This document shows positions 46,530-60,070 of a DNA stretch of 64,000 bases, piece after piece. Positions within the stretch are counted from its first letter, which is position 1. Each line of letters opens with the position of its first letter. The translations under genes and the position numbers were made by a program. The notes beneath the pieces are model-generated. The model was not told the origin of the DNA. It ran no database searches and worked only from the letters and a program-made list of their open reading frames with translations. This stretch comes from Podarcis gaigeae. Lineage: Eukaryota. The stretch is from NCBI GenBank assembly GCA_964106915.2, contig OZ066925.1. The stretch is one strand, 5' to 3'.

Positions 46530-49500
46530 TACTTACGTTCCCTGACTATTTCCCATGTTTCCATCTATATACTCATTCTGTTCCACTCCCACATCATTTG
46601 CATGAAAATTTGCCTTAATTTTTGAACTGACTTTTTCAATATATGCATGAATCTTTTGGATGGTTTTTGTTCCATTTTGGTACCTTTTTTTAACATTTGC
46701 AAAAACCAAAGGATAGCTGTGTCTTGAGCCTTATATCCATCCAGGAAGGAGGAATCAGACTGGATCACTTACAAAATGATTCCGCTTTTGCAATCTCTTG
46801 CACAAAGGGAGGGGCATACCACTCTAGTGTGAAAGGTAAAACACGTGTATCCAACCTAAATGTGTTTATCCTTCTCTTTAGCCATGAATACAAAACCCTC
46901 ATAGTCTCTCTTTCAGCCAAATACTCTTCTCCTCCAGATCTCTTCTTTATCAAAGGTGGAAATTATGCTACCAATTATACCATCCAAAAAAGTCACTGAG
47001 TGCCCATTATTCTTGCACATTCCACAATGCAGTCCTAGAAGCGATAAATGTGTGTGCAGCTATCGTATTTTCCTGGGTATTTTCCTGGGTACAAAAAGAG
47101 CTGTGCTTTGATTGATTGCAAAATGTGACGTCCCCAAAGTAGAAATGGATGATGAAACAAATGTGAATGCATTCTAGAAAATGATAATGTGGAGTTTTTG
47201 GTTCTTGGTTTATTGTGATGTGAATAAGCCTAACTTCCTCTCACACTCCTGTTTATTTCTCCTCTTCCAGTGCGGTTGTGAGAAGGAGTTGGGTAGCTTT
47301 CGCTTCTGTTTTTGATTAATAGGGACTTGTGTCATGCCAACCAAACAACCAAGATATGGTTATCCTCAACTATAGTTTGTTCGGAACTAGCCAACATCAA
47401 ACCATGGCTATTTCCACAAACCATGGTTATGGCTATTCACAGGTTAGGGTACGGACAACACACTAAACTGTGGCTAATCTGAAACAGAAATGGAAGCTTC
47501 CAGCTTCTTACACTGGAAGGGAATGGATGAGCTGTCAAAATGGTTCACTATGTCTAATGTTGTCATCACACACTTCCCCTTATTAAAAAAAACCCCATAA
47601 CTCCAAAGGCTCATTAGTCCTGACCAGCTGAGTTAAAGAACAAATACACATACTTTTATTTCAAGAAAATGGGGTTTTGGCCTGTCCTATGCAATTTTAC
47701 CTCTTTTCTCTTCGAGATTCCCCAAGTGATATGTGCAACAGGTTGCTACAATACAGATCAGTTAATGACTTTATGTCCAAAATTAATACCAAAATCTCTT
47801 TGGCTAACATGAAAGGTTGTCACGTCCAAGGGAACCTCTTCTGCACCCCCCCCTTTCCTGCAAAAAAAGGCAAAATGTTTGTAAAAGGGTAGCCAGGGAT
47901 GAGAGGAGAGGGAGAAGCATAAAGGAAAAGAAATTCAATTTAGTTGACAAACAATTTAAATGCTTAATTAGGAATGGGGGGAAAAAACCCCGAGCAGGTG
48001 GTGCATTATTCTGCCAAATGAGAGCTAGCGCATGGCGTTTGCTTGAATCAAAATGAAAAATGTGAAGACCCGAAATACAGGGCTGTATAATGGCATTTGA
48101 GCGGCTGAGATGAGCTTCTGATTATGTGAAGAAATCCAACCAAGGGGGGGGAGGGAGTTGGGGGGGGGACAGACTCTGATTTGCCTGCAGAAAGACGGAT
48201 CCCCAATTCTGCATTTGAGATTTACATGGATTGATCATTGCATTAGCCGGGGCTACATTTAGCTGTGCATTCCCAGCGGACAGACGAAATGATGGCCCAG
48301 AAGAAAACTGCCACATTTCAAACACTCCAGCTGTGCTTTGCCACCATTGCTACCTTCTGCTGCCAAATTCTGTAATTTATTATTTTCTCTCTCCCTCCTC
48401 CCGCCTTCTATGAAAATATTGCTAATCTGTTAAATGAAGGAAAGACCAACAAGAGAATAACACAAGGAGAAAATGTGTGTGTGTGTGTGTATGATCTGTT
48501 GAAACTTTAGAATTTCTTTATGCGTTGCTAAAAATAATGGGGACAACGCCGCCCCCATTCCGGCAAATATGGGTTGTACTAGCAATTAAGAAATCTTTAT
48601 TTTGGGGTTGACTGTGCCCTTAAAGGCAGAGGAGGTGGATTAATAAGCATGCAGAACACAGTAAAGAATCCTGTAAAAAATGATAATAAATAATAAGGCA
48701 TTATTTTTGTTATTTATTGAAGCCCAGAGAACAGGCTCTAGAGGACCAATTGTGGCCTCGTAGAAGACGGAAGAAGCTTTGGTCCTGGTTTCGTGAGACA
48801 GGTCTGTGTTTATGTCTGTATCAATACGGCATGGCACAGTGCATAGATCTTTCTTCCTGTAGCCAGGCAAGGCCCTGTAACGTCTCTACTGTCAAGAAGA
48901 AACATGTTTTCATTAAAAAAAAAATTGCTGCATGTCTATGCCCACATCACATATGCAGGGAGAGAAAGAGAGACCCCCAGCCCCTATACATTTGGGGTTT
49001 TCTTTCCTTTGTTTCCTTCTGAAAGGATTTATACAACTGTGGAAAGGGGAGAGGAACAAGAGGAAGGGATGGCTACTGAACAGAAGGGCCTGTCTGATCA
49101 TTTTATCTCTGGTCTGATAATAGTAGCTTCCATGAACCAGGGCATGTGGCAGGTGGAGGCAAAGGTCATAGGGGTGATGGCAGCCATACTCATAAGTAGA
49201 CCCCTTGAAAGACTTAAATAACTTCCGTGAGCCGAGAGGGAAGGCATGCCTGTTAACACAAAGTGGACCAAATCTGGGATGCCATCTTTTGGGTCCACAC
49301 TCCTGCATGACTCATGTGACCCATGTGAGATCATGCTCCCCTCCCCAGAACTTTTTTTGGGCACAACACCCCAAAACATGCATTTTGGGGCACTATGCCC
49401 CAAAAAGTGCAGCCCAAAATAACATGAGATCGCAGGAGCCATTGTGATTGCTGCCTTCTCATAAGAAAAAATGGGATGTCCCTGGGACGAGTATGGGAAG

Positions 49501-50080
49501 GTGGGGGCAAAGGTCATGGGGGTGATGAGCTCCAATAGTAGTCATAATCACAGTAAGGCCATTGAAATGAATGGATTTAAGTCCATTGATGTTAATGGGT
49601 CTTTTTTTGAACAAGACTCATGTCAGGTGTCACTCATAGGTTCCTCCCAAATGTGGTCCTGCTAAACAGGTACTTCAATGTTCTCTTTGGAACTCAGCCA
49701 AGCAAGAACCTAAAGGAAAAACCAATTTCTTTCCAGCTTTTCTGCTGCCTCAAATTTTAACAGATTAGTCCTGGAGTTGAGGAAGGAGCTCTGTGATCAG
49801 GGAAGCAGGCCGAAGAAGAAAAGGGGGGGGGGAGAAGTATATTTTTATTAGTGAGACTGAAATTTCACAGAGCATTTAGACAGAATGTTTCTCCAGTGAA
49901 CAGCCTGGCCAGGTCGAGCCTGAGAGAGAGTGAGAACCGACCTTTGAAAAAGTTTGACCAGGCCATGCTTTTTGTCTCCTGGATTGCATTAGAGCAGCAA
50001 CTGACAGCGAGAAAGGGAAGGACATCCTTCACTGAGACCAATGAGTTCTGGGGTTAAGTCAGATGACTAAGAGCCACAAA

Positions 50081-50346
50081 GGGGAGAGCCAGTGTGGTGT
50101 AGTGGTTAAGAGCAGTAGTCTCGTAATCTGGTGAACCAGGTTCGCATCTCCGTTCCTCCACATGCAGCTGCTGGGTGACCTCGGGCCAGTCACACTTCTT
50201 TGAAGTCTCTCAGCCCCACTCACCTCACAGAGTGTTTGTTGTGGGGGAAGAAGGGAAAGGAGAACGTTAGCCGCTTTGAGACTCCTTCGGGTAGTGATAA
50301 AGCGGGATATGAAATCCAAGCTACTCTTCTTCTTCTTCTTCTTCTT

Positions 50347-50376
<30 letters not shown>
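50081..50376 (+). mobile_element. Squam3-like SINE with long (CTT)n tail
   Basis: A box TGGTGTAGTGG, MIR-like core and a pure CTT tract at about 50324-50376. Confidence 0.88.
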
Positions 50377-50377
<1 letters not shown>

Positions 50378-51068
50378 GATGGGGTGTGGGGAACCTCAAG
50401 GCCAGGGGCCCAATGCAGCCCTCCAAGCCCCTCCTCAGCCATGCCACCCACTCCCCAGTCCATATCTCTCCCCAGTCTTCCTTCACACCTTATTCCTGAC
50501 TGCCTGGAATGTATCCTTTAACTCAGCTAATACCTCTTCTTTGCCTAAATGAATAGAGAGTGGTGTGTGAGAGACATGTGTCCGAGCAACCATCTCCTCA
50601 TATAAATCTACCTGATGCAGGATAGGCCCCTTAGTAGTGGCACACCGCTTGTCAAATTCATTGCTTTGGCAGACCTGGTTGACCCCCCCCCCCTTTGTCC
50701 TCCTCTAGGTGGCAAGTTAAAACACAGCTATTCGGGTGAGAATCTGATCAAGGGTAAAGAACTTCTGCCTGCTTGATCTTTTCAGCACCTGCTGTTGTAA
50801 TATGGCTATCGCTCTCACACTTATTCTGGCTTCAACTCCTCGGAACTTAAGCCAGCTGCTCCTTGACTCAGGAAACCAGATTGAGCTCCCTGTTGTAGCC
50901 TTTCTGCCAGACATAAGAAGCCCTGTTCATTGCGTGTGGAGCAGAAGTCTGAGAAACCTGCCCACCATTCCCTTCCCACAACTCACCATGCTCAATCCAG
51001 GTGTGCCTCCTCCATTACTGGTGTGGCTGCTGACCTTCAGTTTCCTCCCACCCTTCTCTGTGGCTTTG

Positions 51069-51260
51069 GGGGTCATAGCTCAGTGGTAGGGCTCCTGCCC
51101 TGCAAGCAGAAGGTCCCAGGTTCAAGCCCTGGTATCTCCAAGTAGGGTTGGGAGACAGTCCTGCTTGAAGTCCTTTAGAGGTGCTGCCTGTCAACATAGA
51201 CAATACTGATCGAGATGCACCAATGATCTGACTCAGTTTAACACAGCTTCCTGTGTTCCT
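51069..51260 (+). mobile_element. tRNA-Ala-derived SINE
   Basis: Head resembles tRNA-Ala(TGC) with a broken acceptor stem, followed by a non-tRNA body. A related copy lies at about 61369-61500. Confidence 0.7.
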
Positions 51261-52679
51261 ATGGGTCCTTCCAAGACTTGTAAACCCCTGAAGAGAATCC
51301 AGAAGCTGACTTTGAAACGCCACCCTCTCCATTTTCAACCTGGTTGTGTTTTCTACAGGTTGGACAGGCAGAATGGAGGAAGCTCCTTTTCCTCAATGTG
51401 TTGTAAAATGTATTTTTCAAAATAACACCAGCCAAATCATCCATTAGTTAGTTTTCCTCCGTGATGGAATGAAGGTATATGAATTCAGGAGATGTGAATG
51501 TCAGGAGATCTATAACATGCCAGTTGATCTACAATTTACTTTGGGTTTGTTAACCTCTCAGAGGCTCACGTGTTTGCTTGGCTGTTTTCCTTGACATGGG
51601 TCAGTCGAGCAGGAAAAAGATCAAGATTTCTCTGATTTAGCAACATATGGAAATATATCCACTAAAACAAAGAAGGGGGGGGGAGGCCTACTAAAATTAA
51701 ATATGTTCACTTCTTTTCCATTAAGAGGCTTTCAGTTCCAATCTAACGTTGCTTGAAGGAACTGAAATTCCTAGACAGGACCGTGATAACCATCCTGCTA
51801 TCTTATTTACCTCTACTTTGTTCCAGAGGTTATCTCTCTTTCTGCAGACATCTGCTACCTGATACAGACCTGAAAATATGTTTCTTGTGGGTCCAGGTTT
51901 TTCAGCTGCCGATGTCTGCTTGCGATATGGAAGGTTTCCTGGCCCTCAATCATTCTTGTTGCTAATCCATCCATTCTTCTTACAGGACCTGGATAGGATC
52001 AGGCACACCAAAGAGCTGAAGCTTAAAGGCTGGGAAATCTTGCACACCATCCTTCTATGCCACCAGAGCAATCCCCACTGGAAAGGCCGCAGCATGAGAA
52101 GGAGCTGATGAATGACAGTTTGGGGATGATACAGCGACAGCACAGCAACCGTAACCATTCAGTGGCTGGTGATGCTATTGGTTCATAATGCATCTAAGAG
52201 CTGTAGCTTCTTTTCTAACGAGAACTTTTGTCACTTTTCTTACAGTTTGGGCATCCTGTTGTATATCAGCTTTGTAATATGCTGGGCTGGCTTCAGGGTG
52301 TTGGGTGGGGGGACACCAGTTATGTGCCCATTCAGTGGAGCCATTGAATAAGAAAGGAGCAGAGTGAATGGGTGTGAGAACCCTTTGCTCAGATGACTTG
52401 TGTGTGCCAAGCATGAAATGATCAGGGGAACAGGCTTCTTAATGGAAGCCACAAGCCACACCCACTTTTAGTCAAATCATGGTCCCTTCTAAGTACAGTA
52501 ACTAGGGCATCCCCTGAATTCCTTGCGATTCAAGCACCACCCAGGCCCATGCTGACCATAACACTATCCTTTAGACCAGAGCTTTCCAAACAGCTTGGTC
52601 AAACTCATGTTCATAGCTTCGAGAACCCTGTCCAACCATCTCGTCCAACTAAAATTATATTATTAACATATACAAGCAG

Positions 52680-53063
52680 AAAAGTTGTTTTCCTTCATTT
52701 GCAAGGAATCGTACAAAACAAAGTGGCACTAATAAAGAAAAGTTCCAGGGTGGCAACAGAAAGCAAACTAAAAATGCTTTTGCAGTTCATCAAAACTATC
52801 CAGCAATATCAAGTTATAGGAAAACTGGTGCTATTAACAGTAAACCTTCTAGTTGGTTAATTGGTTCGGCAACTTCCATGCACATGACGTGTGATGCTAA
52901 TTATTTCCCCCAAGAGATAAATGATGACTAATCAGAGGCAGCTACAGTTGCAAATGGAAACAAAATATCTGTGAAAGGAAGAGGAGCAGGTTTGCTCAAG
53001 TGTGTTGCAGGTAGAAATACTGTTTGTAGTGAAGTGAGAGCAGTAGTTTACTTGCTCGAATGA
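52680..53063 (+). mobile_element. Degenerate Ty1/Copia gag-protease relic
   Basis: Frame from 52854 reads WLIGSATSMHMTCDANYF...*...TVANGNKISVKGRGAGLLKC...VRAVVYLLE*, matching the Copia protease pattern W-x-x-DSGA-x-x-HM...ANG...V-x-G-x-G. Confidence 0.7.
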
Positions 53064-53429
53064 ACAAATAAGAAAGTTTTGAGAATTTAAATTCTAGATT
53101 AAAATTGATTACTTCATTGAGAAGGGGATTGTAACTAAACACTGGGGCCTAATTTGAATAGTAGAGTGCCTGGTGTCTGGTGGGCAGACCAAAGCACTTG
53201 TCAGGAGAGCTATGAGATTCAGGTGAGGGTCAGATGCCTTGTCAATCCCAGCAGGTATATAACAGGAAGACCCGGCCTGCCTGGGGCACAACATTCCAAA
53301 TGTTGTGATATTTCATAAGCAGCTTCAAAAAATCAAACTCTGTGCATATCCCTGCCTGGTTCTCCCAAGATCTTGCCCTCCAGAGCCCATTGACATTTTG
53401 GTGCCAACCCCTTGCCTAGGCTCTGAGAA

Positions 53430-53477
53430 AAACAAACAAACAAACAAACAAACAAACAAACAAACAAACAAACAAAC
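53430..53477 (+). repeat. (AAAC)n microsatellite
   Basis: Direct reading. Confidence 0.95.
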
Positions 53478-56400
53478 AGGAGCCTAGCATTTCCATCCAG
53501 TCAAACATTTACTCAGTTTTTTTCAAAATAAAAAGCAATTTGTTTCTTTTCCTTTTTAAGCAGGAAACGATTATCTTGCAGAGGGAAATGGTGCTGTGAT
53601 TGTTACAAGGGCTAACCAATTAGCACTCTTCTGCTGGCGATGGAAGGAACTGTCTGCTACTGAGTTCAAACCAGTTGAGAAGTTTGCATTTGTGGCCCCA
53701 AAGTGCCGAGTCTGAATCCACATTGGACTCGCCACCCAAGCTGCCGATGCCTGAATTGTAGCTGTGAATCTTTGTGAACTCATCCTGAGGCTGCTCTAGA
53801 TGTCTGGGTCAATGCAGACAGCCTTGCTCATATTCTTTGCCTCCATCGAACAGAGCAAATAAAAAACATTCAGTTAGAAAAAAATAATGTGATCCATGAA
53901 GCATACCTTCTTATCTTTGAGTTGCCTGATTTATTCTACCAACATAACTCAGGTCTGCAAATAACTCCATGAGAGAGTCAGAGGCGAATGGAGGGAGGGA
54001 GCAAGTCCAGAGAGGTTTTCCAGACTCACCCAGCCTTTCTAACACAGTGTTCGTTAAGTCTAGAAACCCCCAATTTTTAATTTTTACAGGATAGCAACTT
54101 CTGTTCATGAGTCTGTACATGAGCCTGTAATTCTGTAGCAAACACATGGCTATGCAACAGAGCCCTGGAAACAGATGATGAAGGAGAAAAATGTGTGAAT
54201 GTAGCAAAAAATTAAGAGGAGAGGAAAGCACAAAAGATTGATCGCAACTTGGTTTTCATTAAACACAATCAGCGTGGCTTGAGTTTTGTTTTGCTTTCGA
54301 TCGTTTTGTTTGTCACTTGGCTTTGACACCATAAGAGGCTTGGATTGGAATTACCACCAAAACCACTTTTCATTTTATTATTATTATTCTGATTTAGAAA
54401 AGGGAATGGCTTCTGGCTCTGGAGTATAGACATATGGAAATCTGCTTTTCTTTCCAACAAGGAGAAATAAATTGTCGAGCAGGGGAGAATGGAATGTTAG
54501 CCTCAATAAAGAAAATGGAAGCTTCTCTAACTCCTTTCATTTTTGATACTTTTCACAGATGTGACCTTTTCCTTTTTTTCCCTTTTTTTCACCCGCTTCC
54601 AGTTATTGTTTCATTCTGATTTATAGGCAGACTAATTCAGAGGAAGCCGAAATCAAGGCAGATGTTTTTGGGACATCAGCATCAGGTTTTTTTGTTTGGT
54701 TTTCATAGGCAGTCCAGCCCACATTTCAGAACCAGGAAAACCTTTTATTATTCCTGAAGAACGGGATGAACCCATTCAGAAGAGCAAAAGCAATAGAGAT
54801 CGGTGATTTGGTTGGCTTTGTTATCTGGTATCCAAGAACATATGGATGGAAACCCTCCCGAAACAGCTGTGTACAAATTGCCATTTGCTGTGGCTCCATT
54901 GTGCTCCCACTGCTGGTGTTTCAAGCCAAGCACCTAGGGCATTAGCCAAAATCCATATGTATCCTTTAGATTCTGCGGGAATTCTGCTGTTTGATTTCTT
55001 TCCCCTCAAACCAGCCTCCATCTGGTCTGAATTCATAAACTGCATTCTGAATACACAGAGCCACATACGTTTCAGACATCCGTTGTGCATGTGCAGATGA
55101 CATTGCAGGTGTGAAACCTTCATTGTACAAGAGTTCAGGGGTGGTGTGTTGCAGGTGCGAGGAAACAATTCAGGTGATGTGTGGGGAAACAAAGAAGGAA
55201 GTGGTGTGTACAGCGATGTAAAAATACAACTTGAAATGCCATGTGGTGGTGGAGAAAGCCATCTTGCTGCATTCTAAGCTGCTAAAGGTGTGCATATGTC
55301 ATAGACTGGCTGGATGCAGAAGAGTTATTATTTGTTGTATTATTTGTGGTCTGATATAGATAAGTCCGTGCTTTACAACAGTTTTGTTTGCTGTAGTTGG
55401 GGAGAAAAGGGAAAGAAACAGAAGCAAGTCTGTCCAATCATTTGCTGTTTCGTACCACCGGGGCCACATGATATGAGATCAGGATATTGCTGGGCCATAA
55501 AATGTAATGCTTGCTTCTTCTTCATTATTAATTCTGAAATTTATTTTTGCAATGAGTGAACTAACCAATTTTGGCTCAGATATCTTGTGTATTCCCCAGC
55601 TTGGTAGATGTGTTATTATTTGTGTTGAGCGCTGTTTGTCCATGACAGATGGTTTTAAGCAAATAAACAGACTTGAGCTGAAGAGTAAAACAACAGATAT
55701 AAAAAAGCATGAGAATGAAGGAAGAAAAGAAAGAAAGAAAGAGCATATTTCTGTTGATTCTACCTTGGGGGTCTTAAGACTGTCATTAATTTGTAGGAGG
55801 GATTCAAGTGCATGCTAGATTTGCACAGTTAAAACTGTGCTCTGCTGCCCTAGTGTGGTGAGCAGAACAAAAGGAACAGAGTTTTTGCAGTTAGGAAAGT
55901 GACAGAGAAATGCATTGAAAAAATGTGGAGTGAATGAATAATAAGTGGGAAGACATATAAACATGTTACCAACAAATAAGGATGAATGCTTATTGTCATA
56001 CAACCTCCCCACAAACAAATCAAAACTAATTCTCAATGAAGACTGGATACAATCTCAGTTCCGCATAAGCTTTGTGCAAGCAAATCAGGATGAATACTCA
56101 ATAAACAGGTCGTCCGAAGGAACCTTTTCCCTGACAACAAGCAATAACTCCACTAGAGTTATTTTCTCACTATAAAAAGGGGAGGAAGTGGTAGATGGTT
56201 AAGTGTTGGCCACTTTGTTACTATTGAACCATTTTATGTTTTACCTTCTCCCACTAATAATTTTGACCCCAGAGAAAGTACAGTGATACCTCAGGTTACA
56301 TACGCTTCAGGTTACAAACTCCACTAACCCAGAAATATATTGGGGCGTTGGATTGAATAACACTGAATCTAGTGCATTGCCAGTGCTTAAAAACATATTT

Positions 56401-56830
56401 GGTAGTAATTAGGACTGCAGTTCCCTTGAGATTAATGGAATCTTATTCTCTGCTGCCCCTCCTCGACCAAATCCCTTTGAAGAAGAATTTTAATGCAAAT
56501 GAGTTCAGGGCCTGCTGCCATCTGAAACAAATAGTTTTGTTGCTCTTTGTGCCATGGAAATTTTTCTGTCTGGCATTTTTCGATGCAATAAAGCTCCTTT
56601 GTAATTATTTGGGTATCACAATAGCTGTATCTCCCAGTTCCAAATCCCATTACTGTATACCTGAAAAATGATAATTGTCTTGATCCCTTAAAAAGCACAT
56701 ATGTGATTATACTTTGACAACATTTTGAGGTCATATAGGTAGATTTCTCTCACCATCACCTCTCCCCTGTGTCTCTTACAACCCAACCTATTATGTAAAA
56801 CATAATTTTAGGTAAACCAAGCTGGAAATT

Positions 56831-57195
56831 AAAGGTAAAGGTACCCCTGACTGTTAGATCCAGTCATGGACGACTCTGGAGTTGTGTGCTCATCTCACTC
56901 TATAGGCTGAGGGAGCCAGCATTTGTCCGCAGACAGCTTCCAGGTCATATGGCCAGCACAGCATGACTAAGCCGCTTCTGGAAAACCAGAGCAGCCCACA
57001 GAAACACTGTTTACCTTTCCACCAGAGTGGTACTAATTTATCTACTTGCACTTCGACATGCTTTCGAACTGCTAGGTGGGCAGGAGCAGGGACTGAGCAA
57101 CGGGAGCTTACCCCGTTGTGGGGATTTGAACAGCTGACCTTCTGATTGGCAAGCCCTAGGCTCTGTGGTTTAGACCACAGCACCACCCGTGTCCC
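56831..57195 (-). mobile_element. Sauria SINE
   Basis: Same family sequence as the other copies. Confidence 0.9.
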
Positions 57196-58645
57196 ATTAG
57201 GTGAAATCTACACACCTATAAAAAACATTCTGAAAATGCTTTTTTTTAAAAGCGTATTTAAAAATACATTGAATTTTCCATGAGGCTCACCATCCTCATC
57301 TAGTGTCACATTGTTTTTGCACTTAAAACATTTTATTTGCAGTTGTACAGCTGAGTCCCAAGGCATCTGGAGCCATCAACGGTGTTTTCCCATTCTAGAT
57401 TTTTTTTAATTGCTCAGGATTTTAGTATTTTAATTCACAATCATTGTTGCTTCATCTAGAGTTCAGGCACTAGTTGTAATATCTTTTAAGTAACATATTG
57501 TTGGGTAACAACTTTAACTAAAGAGATGCAGTTCCTAGCACGAGTGCAATGCATCGGTAATATTTGTAGTGGGACTGTCAGAAGTCTGTTGTGTATATAT
57601 ATTGTGATGTGGGAAGTTTAGGACGCTCCATCCATTTGTCATATTCCTTTTATCCCCCAAATTTTCTCTGCTCTGTTCCTCAATGAGATGTTCTGTTGTT
57701 TTTTCAGCAGGTTCCGAACGTGAACTTGCATTACAATTCTTACCAAATAATAAACAGCTCTGGGCTATAAAACTTCTCAGATTGTCTTCCGCAGACAGGA
57801 TTTGCATGCTGACTCAGACCCCCTATATTTATAAGCTATTGCCAAATGACGGCAACTGCAGGATTTCTAATAATGCTATGGAAATTACTCACATTGCAAT
57901 GGGAGTTGAATAAATTTACATTTGTAGGATTTTTGCTATTTCGAAATTTATGGCAGATTACCTTGTTTGTGCATGTCTGAGTTTTAATGGTTATTTTTTA
58001 TAGCAAAATAGTGGTTTATGATGGTATTCCCAGCTGAGATTGATGGGAATCCACCATATGGAGTTTTATAATAACCCCCCGCCACACAGACACACACGAC
58101 ACACACTTGCCTCTGTGATTCTTTTACTGTGAGATGGCATCTACTGTATGTTATTGAGGCTTAGTGATTGCAGAATATTTTAAAATCCTTTGGAAGTTCA
58201 TGTTTTTGCACATGGATCTTCCATTCTGGTTATCACAGCCTGCTTGCACACCTATACCTGTAAAGTATGTTCCCCCTATAAAAGAATCCTGGGAATTGTA
58301 GTTTAAAGGTGCTGGGAATTGTAGCTCGATGAGGAGAAATTGATAGTTCACATGACTTTTTGGAGGGTGTGGGTTTCAAATGCATGGTGTGTACATGCAA
58401 AGGGGACATGCAAAATAAAAATTGGCATCTACTTGCCTCTGGGCAGGAGCATTCCTCTTCAGGATACAAGCCAGTAGGGACAGAGATGAGGGGATTCAGT
58501 TTGGATTGCATTTGGGCATGATTTGCACTTCCTGAAATGCAACACAACAGTCCTTTGAAATTCGCACGCTTGTGAATTTTGTGAAGCAGTTCTCCAAAGC
58601 GAACAAGAATGCATAAACTGGGGGAAGTTTGCATGCCAATGCATG

Positions 58646-59081
58646 TGTCAGCAAAACAATACTCAAAGCAGAGTTTTCAAAGAAAACTGAAGCAGGAGAG
58701 CAGGAAGGCCAAGAGGCAGAGATGAGTTTGGCTGGTGAAGAAGCACGGGTGCTTTCCCCTCTTGCTGCAGCAAGCCCCCTTCCCCCACGGTCTCCCTGAA
58801 CCAGAAGAGGCATGAAAAGGGCAGAGAGAAGTTAGCTTCATGCAGGCACAGTCTCCACTTGCTTGGAAAAAGCCCTGGAGAGGAGCGGACTAAGATGTCT
58901 GTGAGGAGGTGGGGACTTTCAGCATTGGCAATTGATTACGTGGAGCAGGGCCACCAGCTGCTGCGCTCATTAGGCCTGACACTCAACCAAGTCTGTGGAA
59001 ATGGTGTTTTTGCTAATAAAGAGTTAACTCCAACTCTGAACTTTGAACCATGTGATTACTGACCAGCGCACTCCTGTGACA
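58646..59081 (+). mobile_element. Possible solo LTR
   Basis: TGTCA...TGACA termini and internal AATAAA at about 59015. TSD not clean. Confidence 0.45.
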
Positions 59082-59784
59082 CGTATTATTTCATGCTGAA
59101 GTCAGAGATTGCACGGGCAGCCATTCTTAAGGGCATTTCAAATCAGGTGGACCCCCAATGCTGAAACTGAGGGAAAATATGCTTTGCGACTTCTTGATTT
59201 TAGGTTCCAGCAATCAGTTGCCATTATTTCTCACTGGTCCACTGAAATAAATGGAGTTTGTGTGTCTGTATCACAACCCTGGCACCTTTAACAAGCTGAC
59301 ATGATTCACCCTGCGTAAGTCTTGCTGAGGCTGCTCACTAATGCAGACTAGTGTCAGTGCACCATATATTGTACTTAATAAATTTTTATATTATTTGGAT
59401 TAAAATGTCAAGGAGTGAAGATTTAAGATTAATCAAAGTAACTCGTTTGCCTTGTGACCGTGGTTTAATCAACACCAGTTTCAACCCTAGTTATGCCAAA
59501 GATTAAAGTGAGATAACACCCAGGCAAGGGGAATCGTTGTTGCAAGTGGTAATTATTTCTAAGTTTATATAGGTAGAAAGCAACCGTAGGGAAAGCCTTG
59601 CTCTTCCCATCTATATGAAGAGTTCAGTCCAGATCAGACTGAGCCACTGTTAGTGGGTGGTTCCCTAGACCAGGTGGATGGGAAGTTGCCTGCCCTTGAT
59701 GGGAGGTTAGACTTCCTCTGGAGGAGTAGGTATGTAGCTTGGGGATATACCTGGAGAGTGCTATTTTTCTAGAAATGAGACATA

Positions 59785-60070
59785 ATAAAACATCAAACTT
59801 CTCTGTATGTGGCTATCTTCAGATGTCTTCTAAAGGTTGTGTAGGTATTTATCTCTTTGACATCCGATGGGAGGACGTTCCACAGGGCAGGCGCCACAAC
59901 TGAGAAGGCCCTCTGCCTGGTTCCCCGTAACCCCACTTCTCACAGTGAGGGAACTGCCAGAAGGCCCTTGGACCAAGATCTCTGTGTCCAGTCTGAAAGA
60001 TTGGGGTGGAGATGCTCCTTCAGGTATATAGGGCTGAGGCTGTTTAGGGCTTTAAAGGTCAGCACCTTCC
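59785..60070 (-). mobile_element. L2 LINE fragment
   Basis: Reverse-complement homologue of 12840-13140. Confidence 0.7.

Noticed and set aside
50059-50521. Poly-K/R/L/F ORFs (also 30733-31323)
   Set aside because: Translations of SINE (CTT)n tails
51069-51140. tRNA-Ala-like sequence
   Set aside because: Acceptor stem is mispaired and it runs into a SINE body, so it is not a tRNA gene.
51985-52160. Exon-like plus-strand segment after TTCTTCTTACAG
   Set aside because: All three frames hit stops and there is no recognisable homology or partner exon.
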